The notes below the pieces were generated by a model, which was not told the origin of the DNA, made no database searches, and worked only from the letters and a program-made list of their open reading frames with translations. The translations under genes and the position numbers were made by a program. A stretch of DNA of 64,000 nt from Somniosus microcephalus (Eukaryota): positions 329,902,001-329,966,000 of the forward strand of contig CM126205.1 of the NCBI GenBank assembly GCA_052327205.1, written 5' to 3'. Position 1 is the stretch's first letter; every line of letters begins with the position of its first letter. This document shows, piece after piece, positions 60,229 through 64,000 of this stretch.

Positions 60229-62179
60229 TTGTCATCGACATGCATTTGTAGATAAGCCTGGCATAAGTCTATTTTGCTGAAATTTTGCCCTCCGGCCAGG
60301 CCCGTAAAAAGATCATCAATGAGGGGAAGAGAGTACTGTTCCGCAGACAGCACCGGGTTAATAGTCACTTCAAAATCCCTGCAGATTCGAACAGATCCAT
60401 CCTTTTTCAGAACAGGAACAATGGGTGTGGCCCATTTGCTCACGCTCACAGGCTCCAGGACTCCATTCTCGACTAAGACCTCCAAGTTAGCCTCAACTTT
60501 TGGCCTAATTGCATAGGGTACAGGTCAGGATTTGTGAAACTTCGGCTTGCTGTCAGGTTTAATGTCCAGTCTCACGCTGATCTTTTTCATGTTCCCAAGT
60601 TCCCCATTGAAGAGTTCTGCATGTTTGTTTAACATTGCAGTCAGACCTGACTCCCCTTTTGACATCATGCGGACTGCAGGCCAGTCCAGCGTGATTTTCT
60701 CTAGCCACGCACGTCCCAGTAGCGATGGGTAATTTCCCTTTTCCACATATAGTGGCAGTTTCGCAGTCTGTCCATTCAATTTAACTGTCACCTCAATGGC
60801 GCCTCTCATGGCCACAGGTTCGCCGGTATCCGTCTTTAGCACAATGTTTGTTGGCTGAAGGGTAAGATGCTTTAGCATTTTGTTGTAGACAGTGTCTGAA
60901 ACAAGGGACATAGCCGCGCCTGTGTCCACCTCCATCCGCACTGATTGTCCCTCCACCAGTGGTGACACCCAGTAGCCATTTGAGCCACCTGCAACCATCA
61001 GTATGTGCACCTCTTCCTCCTCAGAGGTGTCGCTCCCCTCTGTTTTGCTTGTTCCATCATACTGCACTGAATGAACACTCTTTTTCCTCTCTTGTCCAAA
61101 TACAGACATTTTGCTTTCATGCTTCCCAGCTCTGTCTGTTCTTTTTTTACCTCTACAGGTGTGTTCAATGTGACCCTTTTTGCCATAATTTCGGAATTCC
61201 AGCTCCGTACACCAGCAGTCATTAGCGTGATGGCCCGTTTTCCCACAACGGTAACATGTGCCGTTCCGCGCACCTTTAGGCTCAGACGACACCTTGTGAA
61301 CTCTCCCTGTTGAACTCAACTGGTGAGCCTCCTTTTCCACCATCTCCATGGAGACACTAACTTCAATGGCCTTTTCAAGAGTAAGGTTGTCCTCAGTAAG
61401 AAGGCGCTTCTGTGTGGCTGCACTTTGCAGACCACACACAAGTCTGTCTCTAATGGTGTCATTCAGCACCTCCTTGAACTCGCAGTGTTCTGACAACCTT
61501 TTTAAAGCAGCAATAAACATCGTCACGGATTCCCCCTCCTCTTGATTCCGTTTGTGAAATCTAAATCTCTCAACAATAACCAGAGGTTTTGGTGAAAAAT
61601 GTGCTCCAAGAATTTCCACTAGTTGCTTATATGTTTTAGTTCCTGGCTTACCTGGCTGCACAAGGCTGCAAAGTAAATTGAATGTCTTCGGCCCCATTAC
61701 ACTCAAAAAGGTAGGCATGACCTTTTCGTTTGCCACCGCATTCGCCAATACAAAATAGTCAAAACGTTCCATATAAGCGCTCCATTGCTCCACATTTTCA
61801 TCAAAATCACTGATGTTTCCTAATATAGTAGCCATCTCACGTTTCAAATTAAAATTTCTGTTTACTCACTGCACCCATAACGTTAATGTGATGCTGCAAT
61901 CCCTGTTCCGAGTGTTTTGTGGTCGAAAACAAGAAAGTTCCCACAACGCAGATTCATCCGATCCTCGTTGCCACTTTGTTGTGTCGGTACCTTTCTACCT
62001 AGATACAATTAGAACTCAGAACCCAGAGATTCAAACATGAAGTGCTTTATTCAGGAAGGAATGGAAAGTTCTGGAGAGTTCCGAACAAAGAGAACTAAAC
62101 TTAACCAAGAGAACACCCAACCATGTATCTGCTGTGACAGCGCCACCACAGGTGGGAGGAGGACACACAATACATAACA
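60229..62179 (-). mobile_element. Gypsy 5' half (5' LTR 61977-62179, PBS, gag, protease, start of RT)
   Basis: 440-aa ORF MATILGNI..CYRCG..DTGA, then WATPIVPV..KIDLCQAYLQM; PBS TGGCAACGAG; TG...CA LTR. Confidence 0.9.
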
Positions 62180-62490
62180 ACAACTTGTATTTATATAGCG
62201 CCGTTAACGTAGTAAGACGTCCTAAGGTGCCTCACAGGAGTATTATAAGACACAAAATTTGACACCGAGCCACATAAGGACAAATGATTAGGGCAGATGA
62301 CCAAAAGCTTGGTCAAAGAGGTAGGTTTTAAGGAGCATCATAAAGGAGGAAAGAGAGGTAGCGAGGCAGAGAAGTTTAGGGAGGAAATTCCAGAGCTTAG
62401 GGCCTAGGCAGCTGAAAGCAAGGCCACCAATGGTGGAGCGATTCAAATCAGGGATGCTCAAGAGGGCAGAATTAAAGGAGCGCAGACATC
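62180..62490 (-). mobile_element. L2-type LINE 3' end
   Basis: ACAACTTGTATTTATATAGCGCC tail; same family as 24075. Confidence 0.75.
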
Positions 62491-63214
62491 ATATCTTGCT
62501 GTGTGATATTAATCAAAGGTGCATTAATGCTTTTAAATAAAATTCTTCTGTTCATTATTTTTAAAAAAGAATGCACAAATCTATTTACAATGACCCAGCT
62601 GGTGCTTTCTTTAAGATAGTGTACTGAGGAATGTCATTCAAATGCACCATTACTAATATTGTAAATTATGTACTTTTGGTTCGCAAGAAAATAATCTGCA
62701 GTGATGGGGAAGATGTATTGTGAAAGAGAAATTGGGAGTTAAAAAAAATAATTTGTCATCTCCATGCACTAAATCACTCGGATTTCTAATCCTAATAACT
62801 CTTGTAAAAGACACAGGTTTCCTACTGTTGTGGGCAGAGGCATTAGTCAAGTACCAGATATGTTTTTGTATAAACTCCCACATTGAGCTATTCCTACAAT
62901 TGGACCACCAAAAATTAGTGGATAACATGAATAAAAAATAAAATGTTAAGATCTGATTATTCTGGAACCCTAATGAATAGCCATCAGCCATCATTCTGTT
63001 TTCACAACTGTTAATCTCTAAAGAACTCATTAAAAAGGCTAAGAGGGAGCAAAATGAAGGTCATGCCTCGCGTTTTATAGAATCATAGAATGGTACGGCG
63101 CAAAAGGAGGCCATTCGGCTCTTTCTTCTATCACAGAACCACTTGAAATTGGAAAGTTTGTGTTACTTTCCTTTGTTGTTTAAAGAATAAATAGTAAAAA
63201 AAAAAATTATTTGG

Positions 63215-63636
63215 CACCCCATCCACCACCTTAAACATTCACTCCCTCCACCACCGGCGTACCGTGGCTGCAGTGTGTACCATCCACAAGTTGCACTGCA
63301 GCAACTCGCCAAGGCTTCTTCGGCAGCACCTCCCAAACCCGCGACCTCTTCCACCTAGAAGGACAAGGGCAGCAGATGCATGGGAACACCACCACCTCCA
63401 AGTTCCCCTCCAAGTCACACGCCATCCTGACTTAGAAATATATCGCAGATCCTTCATCATCACTGGGTCAAAATCCTGGAACTCCCTCCCTAACAGCACT
63501 GTGGGAGTACCTTCACCACACGGACTGCAGCGGTTCAAGAAGGCAGCTCACCACCACCTTCTCAAGGGCAATTAGAGACGGGCAATAAATGCTGGCCTTG
63601 CCAGCGATGCCCAGATCCCATAAACGAAAAAAAAAG
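63215..63636 (+). mobile_element. LINE 3' end (CR1-group) with A-rich tail
   Basis: ORF ending KSWNSLP...GLQRFKKAAHHHLLKGN*, AATAAA, then an A-run. Confidence 0.78.
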
Positions 63637-63764
63637 GTTCAGTAAGTTCCCTTATTACACTAAAAGGCTGTTTTTAAAAAATATTTTAGAAATATGGAAC
63701 AAAATGCCATACAAAACTAACTATAAATTTAAACTAATAGCTTAATGTATAAATGTTCATAGAA

Positions 63765-63890
63765 TAATAGAATTGTACATCACAGAAGGAGGCCATTTGG
63801 CACATCATGTCTGTACTGACTCTTTGAAAGAGCTGACCAATTATTCCCACTCCACTGCTCTTTCCCCACAGCCCTGCACATGTTTCCATT
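63765..63890 (-). mobile_element. CR1-type 3' tail fragment
   Basis: CACAGAAGGAGGCCATT tail motif, also seen at ~51355 and ~63080. Confidence 0.6.
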
Positions 63891-64000
63891 CCAAGCTGGT
63901 GGGATCCTCTTTAGACATGCGGATCATGTCATCGAGGCCCGATCTGCTATTTTAATCTGAGGCCTGTGCAGAGGGGCAATGGATGTATAGGCATAGGGGA

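Noticed and set aside
16084-62179. Minus-strand bias of the BEL/Gypsy elements as proof of a + strand host gene
   Set aside because: Only four elements; the ERV, the long CR1 copies and apparently some solo LTRs are on +, so the bias is not meaningful.
62653-63030. 125-aa minus-strand ORF in unique sequence
   Set aside because: AT-rich, with no domain similarity or convincing splice context; likely a chance ORF.

Overview
Vertebrate genomic DNA, most consistent with a cartilaginous fish (shark-type CR1, Deu-domain SINE, Penelope-like and Harbinger repeats). The window is almost entirely transposable elements; I found no credible host protein-coding gene, rRNA, tRNA or CRISPR array. Left to right: (1) the 3' ~5.4 kb of a degenerate endogenous retrovirus. 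Its pol keeps the protease, an RNase H remnant and the integrase C-terminus but lacks RT and the integrase core. It is followed by a small membrane ORF, an env with a short-F2/long-F1 (Mononegavirales F-like) layout, and a 3' LTR. (2) Three solo LTRs with 5-bp TSDs. (3) A near-intact 7.3-kb BEL/Pao element nested in a Harbinger MITE. (4) A full-length CR1 LINE whose ORF1 is split by a 5.1-kb Gypsy and whose 3' tail carries a 3.9-kb two-gene PIF/Harbinger. (5) Further Harbinger elements and MITEs. (6) A 5.5-kb Gypsy with an unbroken 1331-aa ORF but mutated catalytic motifs. (7) A rearranged Gypsy whose two LTR copies face each other as inverted repeats. All calls were made by eye; no database searches were run.
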